The notes under the pieces were generated by a model that worked only from the letters and a program-made list of their open reading frames with translations, did no database searches and was not told the DNA's origin. A stretch of 63,447 bases of DNA, counting the filler, from Kipferlia bialata (taxonomy: Eukaryota), in assembly GCA_003568945.1 (NCBI GenBank). It is 4 parts of 4 records of this genome, joined end to end, with 100 filler letters (N's around TTAATTAATTAA, not from the genome) between each part and the next. Parts side by side here need not be neighbours in the genome. Positions count along the whole stretch, not along the records: positions 1 to 18,167 come from BDIP01000204.1; 3 more parts are not named here. One strand, written 5' to 3'. Below, piece after piece: positions 1-12,600 of this stretch (position 1 is the first letter of the stretch; each line of letters opens with the position of its first letter). Both the position numbers and the translations under genes were made by a program.

Positions 1-1299
1 AAACCGCGCCAGGTATGTCCCCCCCCCCCCCCCCCCCCTCTCTCTCTCCTTGTCCCTTCCTTTTTACTTGAATTCCCCTCTCACCCTCAGTGAGTTCGCC
101 ACCAAGAACGGAGGTGTCTCCTTCCTCACCATCCCTGTCTCCGACCTCCAGTCCACCCACATGTACGTGGGCGTGGAGGGATCCTCCGACCTCACCGGTG
201 TCAGGTTAGTATAAACTAATATATTTCTAAGTATGATCAAGTTTTTAGTATTTATTCAATAACCCTCAGGACATACGACATTGAGCTCCACTCCAAGCCC
301 GAGAAGCTCATCACTGAGCTCCCCCTCAACACCTACCAGTACGTGACTGACGCTGTTACAGGCACCTCCAAGTTCTACGGAGCTGAGATTGATGTGCTCA
401 ACACTGGCTTCCTGCTGTCCCCTTGCCTGGGTACACCCGCTCTGTTCGGATCCAGCACCACCCCATACCCCACCATGGTACGTACTCTCTCTCCCTCTCT
501 CTCTATGTGTTCATACTCCTATGAACCATCCCTCCTTCGTGCCTCCCCTCACTTCCAGACCACTGCCTCCTACTACGCCTCCGGCAGGTGGGGCGAGGAG
601 GTGTACCTCCCCGTCGACACCTCTCTCCCCGTGGACAAGAACATCAACTACTTTGTTGCCGTCGACAACGAGGTCACTGGTGGCGTTGAGGGCGCCAACT
701 TCTCCTACGAGATCTTCTTCGAGTCTGGAGAGAAGAGGCCCGTGCCCGGTAACCGCGGTGCTCTCACCATCGCCTCTAAGAGCAGCTCTTCCGTCAAGGT
801 GGCCTTTGCCCCTGCCTCTGTCTTCCCAGAGTCCTCCTCCACCAACGTCGAGTACGCCCTGTACGCCGTCCCCAAGGCCACAGGCACCGTGGACTACTCC
901 ACCACCCCTATCCCCGGCACTGCCTGTGGAATGATGCTCGGTACGCACCCCTACACACTCTCTCTCCTATACTCTTCCTCTTGATATCTGCCCCTGACCC
1001 CCTAGGAGGTATCCCTCTGATGTACGACCCCAATACCGCCTCCGAGTGGATCACCTTTGCCGACTTCGACAACGAGTACGAGATTGAGAGCACTGTCCTC
1101 CTTGACAAGGTATGCGTGTCTAGAACCCCCCCCCCCCCCCCCCCGCCACCTTTCTCTCTCTCTATCTCTATCTTCAACATATGTGTATCTAACTGTTAGG
1201 GCACCACATACACTGTCAATGTCCTGGCCAGGGACGTTGCCACCAGGATGCACGTGGCATACACAGCCACAGACTTCGTGGCCAAGGTATACACTCTTG

Positions 1300-1332
<33 letters not shown>

Positions 1333-1481
1333 ACCTCCAGGGCGGCATGTCCACCTTCTGGATGTGGCTCATGATCATTGCCATTGTGCTTGTTGTGCTT
1401 GGCTTCGCCTATGCCGTGTGGCGCTTCATGAAGAGCCAGCAGAGGAACACAGACTACAAGTCTATCCTCACTGGCGAGTAG
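1..1481 (+). CDS. Type I single-pass membrane protein, 5'-partial, with an FN3-like membrane-proximal ectodomain and a short cytosolic tail
   Basis: Exons read as <=12, 91-204, 270-477, 559-940, 1006-1109, 1200-1286 and 1341-1481, all with GT-AG introns. The protein ends GTTYTVNVLARDVATRMHVAYTATDFVAK-GGMSTFWMWLMIIAIVLVVLGFAYAVWRF-MKSQQRNTDYKSILTGE*. Strong C-ending codon bias. Confidence 0.85.
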
Positions 1482-1866
1482 ATACTCATGCTGAATGAGT
1501 AAGATAGTGTGACAATGGCGGTCACACTGATAGAGAGAGAATGATGGAGGCGTGGACGTGGATATGATACTGATATATCCCCACGCCTCCAAGAATTGGG
1601 CGGAGAAGAGAATAGCAAGAATGTGACAAGAATATATGTCTTTATTAGTGGGTCATTGGTGTGTGTAGTGTTTTTGCTCTCTTCTTTCCATATGAAATAG
1701 TACTGTCTTATGCCTGTCTATTGCGTTTCGTCATTGATGCTTCGTGATATTCTATCTCTTCCAGCACATTGATCCAATACAATAACAGTTGTATCTATTT
1801 GGTTGTATCTATTGAGTCTCTATGTCTCGTCTGTCCCCATCTCTGTCATGGATGCATGGCCTATAC

Positions 1867-2964
1867 CTAGGGCATGCTCGGCCTAATAGTCAGGGATATG
1901 TATATATATATGCATATGTACACTTGTATACAATAACTATGCATCAAGAGAGATATACTATAGACTCCCAGTGATACCTTGCCCTTCATACTCTTAGCCT
2001 TTGATGTGACCATGTGTGACATGTTGGTCATGCTCTTGCTCATACCACCCACGGCCTGTCGGGCAGTGCTGCCAATAGTGGCCTGGGATAAATACTACTA
2101 AAGTATCTACACACACATATATATATATACGTATACATGTACCTTTGGTGGTGCAAATGGGTCTGGCCTGTGCACTGCAATATAATATATGTAATGCCCC
2201 CCTGTAACATAAATATGCAGAAGTATATATATACATACACGTGCATATATATAAAAATTGTGTACCTTGGGTGGTGCAAAGGGGTCTGGTCTGTGCACTG
2301 GTAGAGTGGTACGCCCACCCATGGCAGCCAGTCTCTCTCTGCCCTTCTGCCTGGGGGTGGGGGGAGTGTCACATCAACTACACACCTATCTAACACACAT
2401 ATATATGGAGAACATCACAGTCTGTACCTCTCAGCCTTCTGGGTGTCCCTCCTGGTACGCTGCAAGGCCTCTCCCCTACTGAGCACAACGCTGATCCAGT
2501 GGCTGATAATAAGAAGACCAATATATAGATAGAGACGACACAATCTGAGAGGGAGGGAGAGAGAGAGATACCTTGGTGGGTTGGACCTCACAAAGCATGG
2601 GTCGATGGTACTCCTGCAAAGGGTCTTTGTCACAACGTTGCCACACTCTCCTGATCCGTTAGAGAGAGAGAGAAAGGAAGTGGGTCACTTATGAATATAT
2701 CACAGAGAGAGAACGTGAGAGGGTATCTGAGAGAGAGAAAGAGAGAGAGAGAAAGTACCTGCCATAACTGGGTACCCTGCATGTAGGGATGATGCAATCT
2801 CATAGGCATCGTGCATTGCCTCGGGGGTGAGGGAGAGAGAGAGAGAGGGAGAGGTAATACATAGCAGAATAATACATAACATATATATAGTATGTACATA
2901 CCGACCCAGCCATGACCAGCAGGACAGGGATGACTGCCACTGGCCACCTCTTCTGGGCATAAGA

Positions 2965-3001
<37 letters not shown>

Positions 3002-3103
3002 GATAAAGAGAGAGAGACAGACAGACAGAGAGAGATACGAATTGGGATGACTGGCACTGGCCACCTGTTCTGGACATGAGGGAGTGGTATATAGTAGTAT
3101 ATT

Positions 3104-3147
<44 letters not shown>

Positions 3148-3768
3148 TCGTATACTACCATACCTTGACAGTGAGGAGGAGTCCGGCCTCAAGCACATAA
3201 GTGACACCTGGATATGAGAGAGAGGGAAGGAAAGAGAGAGAGAGTGCGAGAGAGAGAGTGAGTGAGTGAGTGAGAGACATGTCCTGGGGTCCTGTACCTG
3301 CTATTGCCATCAGCGTTATGCCCTTCTTCTTCTGACCAAGGAGGAATACACCGGAGCCTGGGGTGAGATACGATACACACACACACACACACAGGGATGA
3401 CTATCACTATTTCGAAGTCGGTATCGGTACCGGTATCAAAATCCAAGTATCACAACAGCACACAGATACGGATCTAAACAAGATATTTACCACCCCAGGG
3501 ACCGCTATAGTGTATGTGTAGTAAGGTATACCCCCCTACCTGGCACTATGAGACTAGCCCCCCCTGCCACCACAGGGTGCATGTTGACAGGCACATTCTT
3601 GCACAGGAGCCAGTTGCCTACATATTAACACTCACATACACACATTCTCCTGGTAATACTGGGAGATATTATCGAGCAGTGGTTGACTTGGGTACATACA
3701 TATGGTACTATACCTTCATCGAACACCTGCAGCCGCAACGCCTCCTTCTTCCTAGCCTTCTTGCCCAT
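1867..3768 (-). CDS. Multi-exon small membrane protein with a TM2-like motif
   Basis: Spliced start MGKKARKKEALRLQVFDE/GNWLLCKNVPVNMHPVVAGGASLIVP/GSGVFLLGQKKKGITLMAIA resembles the TM2 motif 'xxPGxGxFxLGQxxKG'. Later exons include AMHDAYEIASSLHAGYPVMA and MGGMSKSMTNMSHM. Stop near 1867. Confidence 0.6.
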
Positions 3769-3988
3769 AATACTCTCTCTCTCTCTCGGTACTGTAGGTG
3801 TTTACTCAAGTGATGTGGTGTGTGTTGGAGAGCCTCATACTTCATGCCATCGCATCTACGAACCTACTCCGAGAGAGTGCTTTGCGAACCCACTCGAGGA
3901 CACAGTTTTCTAAAAATGTCAACAATAAAATTTACTACTTGTATTAATAATGGAACTTAAGCCAATGATCTCATAGACCATCCAGCTT

Positions 3989-4250
3989 CTTTAGCCAGTC
4001 TCGATCTGCACGAGTGCCGCAAGAGTAGCGGGTGCCAGCTCAGAGGAGAGCAGGCCTGCATAGACGGAGTATGCCTGGGCCCTTCTGGTCACACCCTGGA
4101 GCCTCATGTGCTTGGCGGCCTGGGGATAAGCAAATACTACTATTTCACAGAGTACTCATAATCAGAGAGCATAGTGATACAATATATATCTATGGCCATA
4201 CCTTGAGTGCGTCACAGACCAGGTCAAACACCCTAGGGAGGGCATTCCTA
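3989..4250 (-). CDS. Last two exons of an unidentified gene, truncated upstream at a poly-G tract
   Basis: Exons NALPRVFDLVCDALK and AAKHMRLQGVTRRAQAYSVYAGLLSSELAPATLAALVQIETG* with GT-AG boundaries. Confidence 0.45.
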
Positions 4251-4335
4251 AGGGGTAAGGAGGGGGGGGGGGATGGCTAGTAGAGAGAGAGAGAGTGAGA
4301 GAAGAAGGAGAGAGAGCGAGACAAAGTGGACTGAG

Positions 4336-4406
4336 AGGGGGGGGGGGGGGGGGGGGGGGGAGGGGGGTGGGGGGGGGGGGGGGGGGGGGGGGGGGGGTGG
4401 GGGGGT

Positions 4407-4440
<34 letters not shown>
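4336..4440. repeat. Poly-G tract (~100 nt)
   Basis: Near-homopolymer. Similar tracts at 16917-16975, 18268-18316 and 57196-57265, and at gap edges. Confidence 0.95.
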
Positions 4441-4441
<1 letters not shown>

Positions 4442-4529
4442 GGGGCAGTAATGTGGAAAGTTTGAGACGCGTTAGCTTCAGTGTACATGGATCGTAAGTG
4501 GATAGAGTGGTTGGGGGTATATATGGAAG

Positions 4530-4799
4530 GTTAGTAACGCAGGCAACACCTATGAATATGCCGCCGCTGAAGGCATTCCCAAGTGCTAGGATCAGCTTGA
4601 TTCTCGTGCTCTTCGCTGCGTGTGAGATACTCAGATAGCACAGTACATATCATTGGTAGCAGGGGAAATATTGGTGTTCACTTGACCACTAGAATGACAA
4701 GGAAGGCGCAGTACCTAGGATAAATGGAATAGCTCCCCCAATCAGCCCCTCTAACAAGATAGCAAGGGCACCCCAAAGCTGCACATCCAACAGGTCCAT
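4530..4799 (-). CDS. ZIP (ZRT/IRT-like) metal transporter, N-terminal fragment
   Basis: MDLLDVQLWGALAILLEGLIGGAIPFIL/AKSTRIKLILALGNAFSGGIFIG matches ZIP TM1-TM2 (consensus 'NxFxGGxF'). No further ZIP exons are seen beyond the poly-G tract at 4336-4440. Confidence 0.7.
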
Positions 4800-5348
4800 C
4801 CTAAGTGTATCTGTCAGCTATGTATGCTGTACTTTGGCAGAGTGTTAGGTCAAGAAGTGTCAGTGCAGGTCAGGTGACAAGCACAGAGCCGTTTTTGCGA
4901 AAGATACGAAAAAAGGGTTTGGCCTCTATTTAACACGTCACAGTGCGACGGTAAGGATGTGTAGAGACTCTCCACTGGAGAGTATCCATTCTTCAAAAGC
5001 ACTAGACGTACTCCTCTCATCGGAGTCCTGTGAGTGGTACCTGTTAGACCTAGACCTTCCGCTGCTACAGAAGATAGGGGGGGGGCTGAAACCAGACATT
5101 GTCCCTTGATAGGTGGGTGTGAGCACTAGGCCTAGTGGGATGCCATTGAATGAATCATACAAGTACTGGGGTGCACCATCTTGGTCTCCATGGATATCTC
5201 ACAGGCTGGTAGGATGTAGTGTAGTCTCATGAATATCACAACTGGTCATCGCCGAGTACTATACCATGTTCTCTATCTATTGAAGCTTTCTAAGTCTTAG
5301 ACTGCCAATCTGAGGTGATAGAGACACCCTCCCTGTGCTCCTCCCTGT

Positions 5349-6129
5349 CTATGCTCCAAACATGGAGTCCATGGCGCCCTTGGCGTTAGAGGCAGCGTCA
5401 GCAGCCTGAGAGTGAGGCATAGGGGAGAGTGTGATATACCACTGGCTCTGCACGAGGGAATACAGATCGTGATTGATTCAGCAACTGAGAATGCTCAAAC
5501 AGGAAGTGACCTATGATAGGTATATAGGCATTGGTGTATGTGTACCTCTGATACCCCGGCCACCACCCGCTCTGTCTCCTCGGCTGCCTGCTTGACAGCG
5601 GCTGTTCCCCTGGTGACCCTCTCGGTCAGAGACCCGGCGCCTAAGGGTTAGGGGGTGGGTGGTGGGTGGGTAAGAGAGATGATGTGTATAAACTAGCAGA
5701 AGACTCTTCATTGAAGAGGCAACCATGGCAGTGATGCAAAGTGAAGAGATAGAGACCCTGGGGAACACGTATCAACGTAGTGCTTGACGTGACAAGTATA
5801 GTATAGGTGCGGTACGGATGCGAAACATATATATCTGTAGACAGGGTCCATAGCATGTACCACATACCCATGGCTCCGATGCCTGAGGCTGCATCGCTCT
5901 CGACATTCTGCTGGGCGTCCTTGACGGCCTGGGAGGGCACCTCCTGGGGTGAATGCCGGATTGTAGCGATGATAGTGCAATGTATATGTATCACTACCAG
6001 TATGGATACTACTGTACATACCGACACATTCTGGCTGCCCTCTCTCTCCTGCCTCTCTGCCTGCTCTCTCTGCTCCACCGCCTCCTTCTCCCCCTCGGTC
6101 ATGCCCTGTGCAAAGTCACGGATGTTCAT
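5349..6129 (-). CDS. Small hydrophilic, Ala/Glu/Gln-rich multi-exon protein (LEA-like composition)
   Basis: Exons MNIRDFAQGMTEGEKEAVEQREQAERQERE, EVPSQAVKDAQQNVESDAASGIGAM, GAGSLTERVTRGTAAVKQAAEETERVVAGVSE and AADAASNAKGAMDSMFGA*. Confidence 0.55.
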
Positions 6130-6607
6130 ACTGAGACTCTTGGTATGTGGGTTGCGAGAAGAGAGGCACCCTGCAGGCCCTGGCCCTGTGCACTGGGATA
6201 TACAGTGAGGGTATCTCTCAGTAGGAGACCCTCAGCACATGAAGCCATCTATCCAATACAGCCAGGTCATGTAGAGACATCGTCATAGCTTCAGGCGATG
6301 TTATGAATTAGTGCAAGGAGGTGTCACAAAGTTGTAAGACAGAACCGTCACGCATTCAAGTGGCTGATTCGCAATATACAAACAGGGTGAATGCACAATT
6401 CTGAACACGATAGACACTCTTAGCAATAGACTTCATTCGGCCTCAATATATGTTCTCAATACCATCACACCACATGTACTCAATACCATGAAGTTCCATC
6501 TATCTGTCTTGGCCATCCCTAACATGTATATACTGAACTTGGATGACCAAGGATGTCAACTACACACATCTACCCATGTCTACAGCATGATCATTGGATA
6601 TACTACC

Positions 6608-9600
6608 TTAGTAGTCAATCTGGGCCAAGCTGCAGAATATCTCCTCCAGAGGCTCTGAAGACACACTCCACTCCACACTCCCAGTGGATATAGACGAAGG
6701 GTCATGACTGTCGGTCTCGCTGTGTCCCTCTCTACACAACACGGCGTACAGAGCCGACAGCACAGCACCAGATGCCAGAGTTACGGTGGCACCCTGAGCC
6801 TTGGGTCCCCTCTCTCCCCCTTCCTCTGTGTCACTAGTGACTGACACCACTGGACACTCCCCCCTGATACTGGCCACCATCCTCGCCACAGCGTCAGACG
6901 GATGGTCCCCAGATGCCCCATCCACCCCCCTCAGCTGCACTACAACACCTGAGGCAGCCTGGGATTGGCAGGGGTAGACACAACAGAAGGAGAGCTTGTG
7001 GGTACTCTCACTGAGTGAAGGACATTGATATTGATATTGACATTGATATTGGTGGTAGCAGTCTGATTCTAATCATGTACCCACCTGTCTCTTGAGCTCT
7101 AGCACTGACCCCTGTGTCACGAGCTGGCCCTTTCTAAGGACACCACACCTGGTGGGTGAGACAGTCACACAGAGAGAAGGGTGTAGTATACAACAAAGAG
7201 TGACAACCACTCAGGTACATGCAAGTTTCCCACATCACTGCACTAGGGCCAGCGATTGACAAACATATAGATATATGCATACAGTATCCCACCATAACCC
7301 ACCTGTCAGCCAGTGCCTCTGCCTCTGCCATGCAATTTACACACACATATATATATACACATTGTATATATATATATCAATGGATACTAACCTGTCAGCC
7401 AGGGCCTCAGCCTCTGCCATGGAGTGTGTGGTCAGGACAACGGTGAGGGACGCAGCAGCCTTGAGGAGACCCTGGGGGTGAAGTGGCAGTATAATATTAC
7501 ACAACATACTGTATGATGTCCTCCCCTATGGTATATATGGTATATAGTCTATGTCCTACTGACTGTACCTTCCACACACTCCTTCTGGTGGCCACGTCTA
7601 GACCGGTGGTGGGCTGGGGTGGGTGAGGGGGAGAGGTGTATCATGACACAACTATGGGGACTATGTGTTTGTGGATATACACCATGTCCCCCACCTCATC
7701 TGCTAGCAGTATGGTCCTGGCCCCGAGTACAGCCATGCCTAGAGACATACGGCGCCTCATACCGCCTGACAGCTCACCTGGGGTTAGGATAGCATATACA
7801 TATAGTATAGTATATATATATAGTGTAGTCTATACATACTTGACAGATCACCTGGGTGTGGGACTGCTATGCAGAGCCTAGAGAGAGTGTACAATAGAGG
7901 AATACCAATGTGCACTGTACCTGCTCTCTTGTCTGCGTGTATAGCCAGACCCACCGTATCCAGCACTTCAGCCACAGGGTCTACCCGCTCTCCCCCTCTA
8001 CCCCTAATATTGCATATCAGGCGCATGTGCTGTCTGGAGGTAAGTGATATTGGCACCCACACTATACTCCACCCATCTGCAGCACCCCTCCCACCTGACA
8101 CTCATGTGTGGCCAGTACAGGTCATGCTGGGGCACACCCACCACATGGTCACTGATGGAGACCCTCTCGCCAGAGGAACCCCTGTCCGTCCTGTCCTCTC
8201 TATCAAAGATGCACCTACCCCTCAGGGTACCGGTGCCACTGTCCGGGTGGAGGATGCCTGGGTCAGATAGCGACAATAGACAATAGACAATAGATGAGAC
8301 ATTGCGGACACAGACACGAGGGGGCAAGGACAGATATATACACCACACACCTGAGATACAGTTGAGAAGAGTGGTCTTGCCGGCTCCATTTACCCCCAGA
8401 AGGCCATACACCTCGCCCCTCCTGAGGTGTAGGGACACACCTCTGAGGGCCTGAGGTGAGAGACAGAGAGAGATATGGTACCAAATACTAATCGATTCTA
8501 ATTATACCTATACTACTATAGTCACTACCCACCTGTGTGCCGTTGGGGTATGTGTGGTGGATGTCGGAGAGGGACAGACTCTGCGAGACAGGCATATCCC
8601 CACCCCATGCCTCTTCCTCTCCTTCACTGTCACTACCCCCAGGGACACTCATTAGTAGGGCACTATCAGCACACTCAGTATCAGGGTGTCTGACGGTTAG
8701 AGTGGAGAAAGGACCAATATATAGTATATATATATATATATATATATTATAGACTCGTGCCACACGGGTAGTCATCCAAGAGACACTGAACGGATAGAAG
8801 TTGTGTTGTTGAGTGAACCTTATAGTCTTGTTGTGTGGCACATGGGTCAGTATCCCAGTCCAGACACCGGAGAGCAGGTGACTAGCAGCCATTGTAAGTC
8901 TTCGGACACTTTCTCTCACGCTGCCGACCTGGTATCAGACATATATATATGAATATACACATCAACACACTACCAGAGAGACCGACACTCCACCCGCACC
9001 TGCACTATGCATGTGATGGCAGTGTAGAGCACTATACCCCCCAGGCACTGCTGCTGGAGGTGTGCCTGTGCAGAAGGGTGTGAGAGCATGTCGCAGAATG
9101 CTAGGGGGGGCACCAGGAACATCCCCCCCATGGGAGGGGTGAAGACACCCAGCACCAGGCAGAAGACTGGTATCAGTAGGGAGAGAAAGACTAGCAGACG
9201 GCAGGACACACTGGGACAAGCTGAAAGTCACTCACCCATGAGAATGCTTGTCACAACTGTCGCACGTGTCTGTCTCTGGAGCACTACACCTGGGGTGAGG
9301 GACACATACTCAATATGAAATATTGAAGTACCTTGGCCATACGCTATGATATGTACCGAGGTATTACCCTACCTAGCAGAGCCCCACACACCACGCAGCC
9401 CCAGGTGCCTGAAAGTGAGGGGGTGATACGGCAACTCGACACATTGCATATACATATACTATAAGCATGTATACCTAGAATGAACGATGTGAACGTAGCC
9501 CATGTGTTATCGCTGAAGAGGGACAAGCCTAGCACAGACCCGATCAGCACGGCAAGTACAGAGACACACACACCTGGCAGTGAGAGACAAAGACAGAGGG

Positions 9601-12600
9601 TCACTGAGACGTGAATGACAGTGTGACCGTACCCTGTACTGCATAGTATGCACAGACCACCAGAGTGTGCACCACAGGGGAGAGAGAGTGCATGCGCAGC
9701 AGACGCACACGGCCGTTCTCTATATCGGAGGCCACCGCCGCTGCCACTCTGATGAGTGAGAAGGGAGAGGCAATGGAACGATAGAACACGAAGACTGAGA
9801 TACAGCATTCTTCCTCCCATCAGAATATATGTGCACTTCCTCCTCACCTTGGTATGAAGACAAGGGCCACCAAGGGGGCCAGCAACTCAGTCAACAGGGA
9901 TAGAACAGCACCTGGGGTCATCAGAATTAATGGACAGTGAAACCTTCTACTTCATAGGGTTATACAACAAATATCCGCCTCCCCCTTTCCCACCCAACCT
10001 ATGTCCATCGTGTAGGATGGGTCTGCCACGAAGGGGTATGCCTGGAACACAGGCCACAGCTCGGCCTCCATACCATGCCCAGGGTGTGTGGACTGGGGGT
10101 ATCAGTATCAGGGGTAGCAAGGAGTAGAGGGCAATACGCAGCAGGATTTGGTTTTCCGGAACTTATGATTGAGTGGTTGACAACGTAACAGACACCACCC
10201 GCGACCCCCCACCTGGTGTGCCCTGGCCATTATATATGAATTATATATGAAATATATGGATATACACATCATGTATGTGTCTGCACCTGGTGTGCCCTGG
10301 ACATGGCCGTGTGGGTGACCCTGGCTATGTCGTCGTTGACAACACCCACCCACAGCACAGGGACCCTAACGTGAGGGAAGGGCGAGTGTGTCTTCATCAC
10401 CTGCACCCCCCATCGATACACATCATATATATACATCAATACCACATCCACTCCCCCCACCTAGTCGGTAGACTGAGCTGTACGGGGTCGGTGGTGTTGT
10501 TGTATAGGAAGCTGTAGCTAGTGGCCATGGGCCAGTTCCACATACGCCTGGGGTCATGCTAGAGATACGGCATAGTATATACAAAGCCTCGTACACATAG
10601 AATATGCTATAATAGTGTGTCAGAGAATGATTGTACTGATATATAATGATGGACAATAACACACTCTCTCCATCAACAGCACCGAGTGGCACCTGATAGT
10701 GATGTGGTCTGGTCAAGGGACATACTATGTCATGTATAGATGAGTGTCGTACCTGAATGCAGGAATGGTTGCCTCCCCATCGCTGAATGTCTTGAGGTGT
10801 CTATCGTTGGTGAGCCAGGTGTATGACTTGGCCTCCTCATAACAGAAGCTCTGGCATCAGCATGGGGTTTCTAGTTGACAAGTAAGGTAATAGAGGTCAC
10901 TGAAGGATATATGTATTCAGGCCCGTCATATGCACCTTGGGGACGTTAGGCAACCACGTATGCATGCGATAGGCATAGTGCGCCATGTCAGCATCAGTCT
11001 CACTATCTCCACCCTCTGCCATGGGAATAGACAGGGTGTCGGAGGGGGAGGGGTCAGGGAAGTCCATGTACAGAGACTCCACTGGGGGTGAGAGGTAGAG
11101 AGAGGGCAGGGAGTGATGAACTCAGCAGCCGTACTTACGAAGTTTGGTGCCTGTCTGCGCATCTGTCTAAGTGCCATCAGGAAGTACCCATAGGCATCAC
11201 TGTTGAGGCCGTAGTAGTTAGTGGTGCGCTGCCAGCTGGGGTCAACAGAACTAACAAGTGGATACATACCTATGGATCCATATCGTACCAACACAACATA
11301 TATATATATGGTACATACACATACTCGATGAGGGCTGCGTGCATGTCGGGCACTGACTCATACGCATACATGTCGACTGTGGTGTTGGTGATGTAGGGCT
11401 CAAGCCGACATACATCCATCCAATACTCACTGTTCAGAGCACAGTCGTTCCTGGGGTAAGAATAGTCTGATTAGGAATGATATGCTTCATGAAGGAACGG
11501 TTGTTTCTTCCTGTAAATACTGTGTGTGACACTCACTTGCACTTTGCGCCATTGAAGGTGTGGTCATCTGTGTACTGTGCCAAGGGGGAGTAGTAGGCAT
11601 CGCACTCGTACTGGCAGTCATACACGCTGTCCTGACAGTCGTCACGGACATGGCTGCCGTATCTGATAGGGTGAGGAGTGGAGTGGCCGAGCATAAGAGA
11701 AGGATCACTCATCACATATTGGTTCACTCCCTAGTACCTCTTTCCCATGAATGGCCAGAACCCTGACGTCTCCTCTCTCTTGGGGTCTGGGTACAGCACA
11801 GGGTCCTACAATGGGAATGGGGGAGGCAGAGAGGTATGTTGTGAGAGTCACAATGTGAGTGATACCTTATCCGCATAGAGCTGGTCCCAGTATGAGTCCT
11901 GGTACCAGTCTGGTACAACCCCACCGTTGGCTGGGGTGGGGAGGAGCACATATGAAGACGTTCTGTAGTATGAAACAGGTGTGTATATCAGATGTTGCCA
12001 TGATACGTACCAAACCACCCATCCGACATGTATCCCCAGGGTGCAATACTGTCAAGATCAGACGGATGGCTCCGAGAGACAGGCATGTCACCAACGGTGT
12101 TGGCAAACGTGTTGATGGTGCCCATGCTCTGTAGGTTCCAGGTGTCTGTTCCAAACTCCCCGTGTTGTGTGGAGGGTGTGTTCAGCCGATAGGCATACTG
12201 AGAGTTGACGTCGAGGCCCTGGGGTGAGGGAGGGTCAGTGAATATGGTGGACGTCATAGTATCAATGACAGGGGAAGATTCTATGGGGAGTCCAAGATAA
12301 CTCGAACATATACTTGACCCATTACCTCATACAAGAGATAGCTATAACATGCATCGTTCTTCAGATAGGCCCCGTCATTGGCGCCAAAGCAGTTGGCGGG
12401 CCTGGGTTTAGAAGCAGATGTAGAATTCCAAGAGTACTGGGTGTAGAGTCAACGAGTGAGTCACTCGTTGCTTGCTATAACCCCAATACATACAAACACT
12501 GTACCACTCATACCTTACATCCAAGCACGTCTCTAAGTCATCGATCCCGTTGGACTGACAGCAATCGAGGCACCAACGCTGGGTCTGATGTAAGTGGTAT

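Noticed and set aside
4162..4497. Poly-Pro and poly-Gly ORFs (also 16703-17145, 56847-57579, 51656-52516)
   Set aside because: Translations of G/C homopolymers or N gaps.
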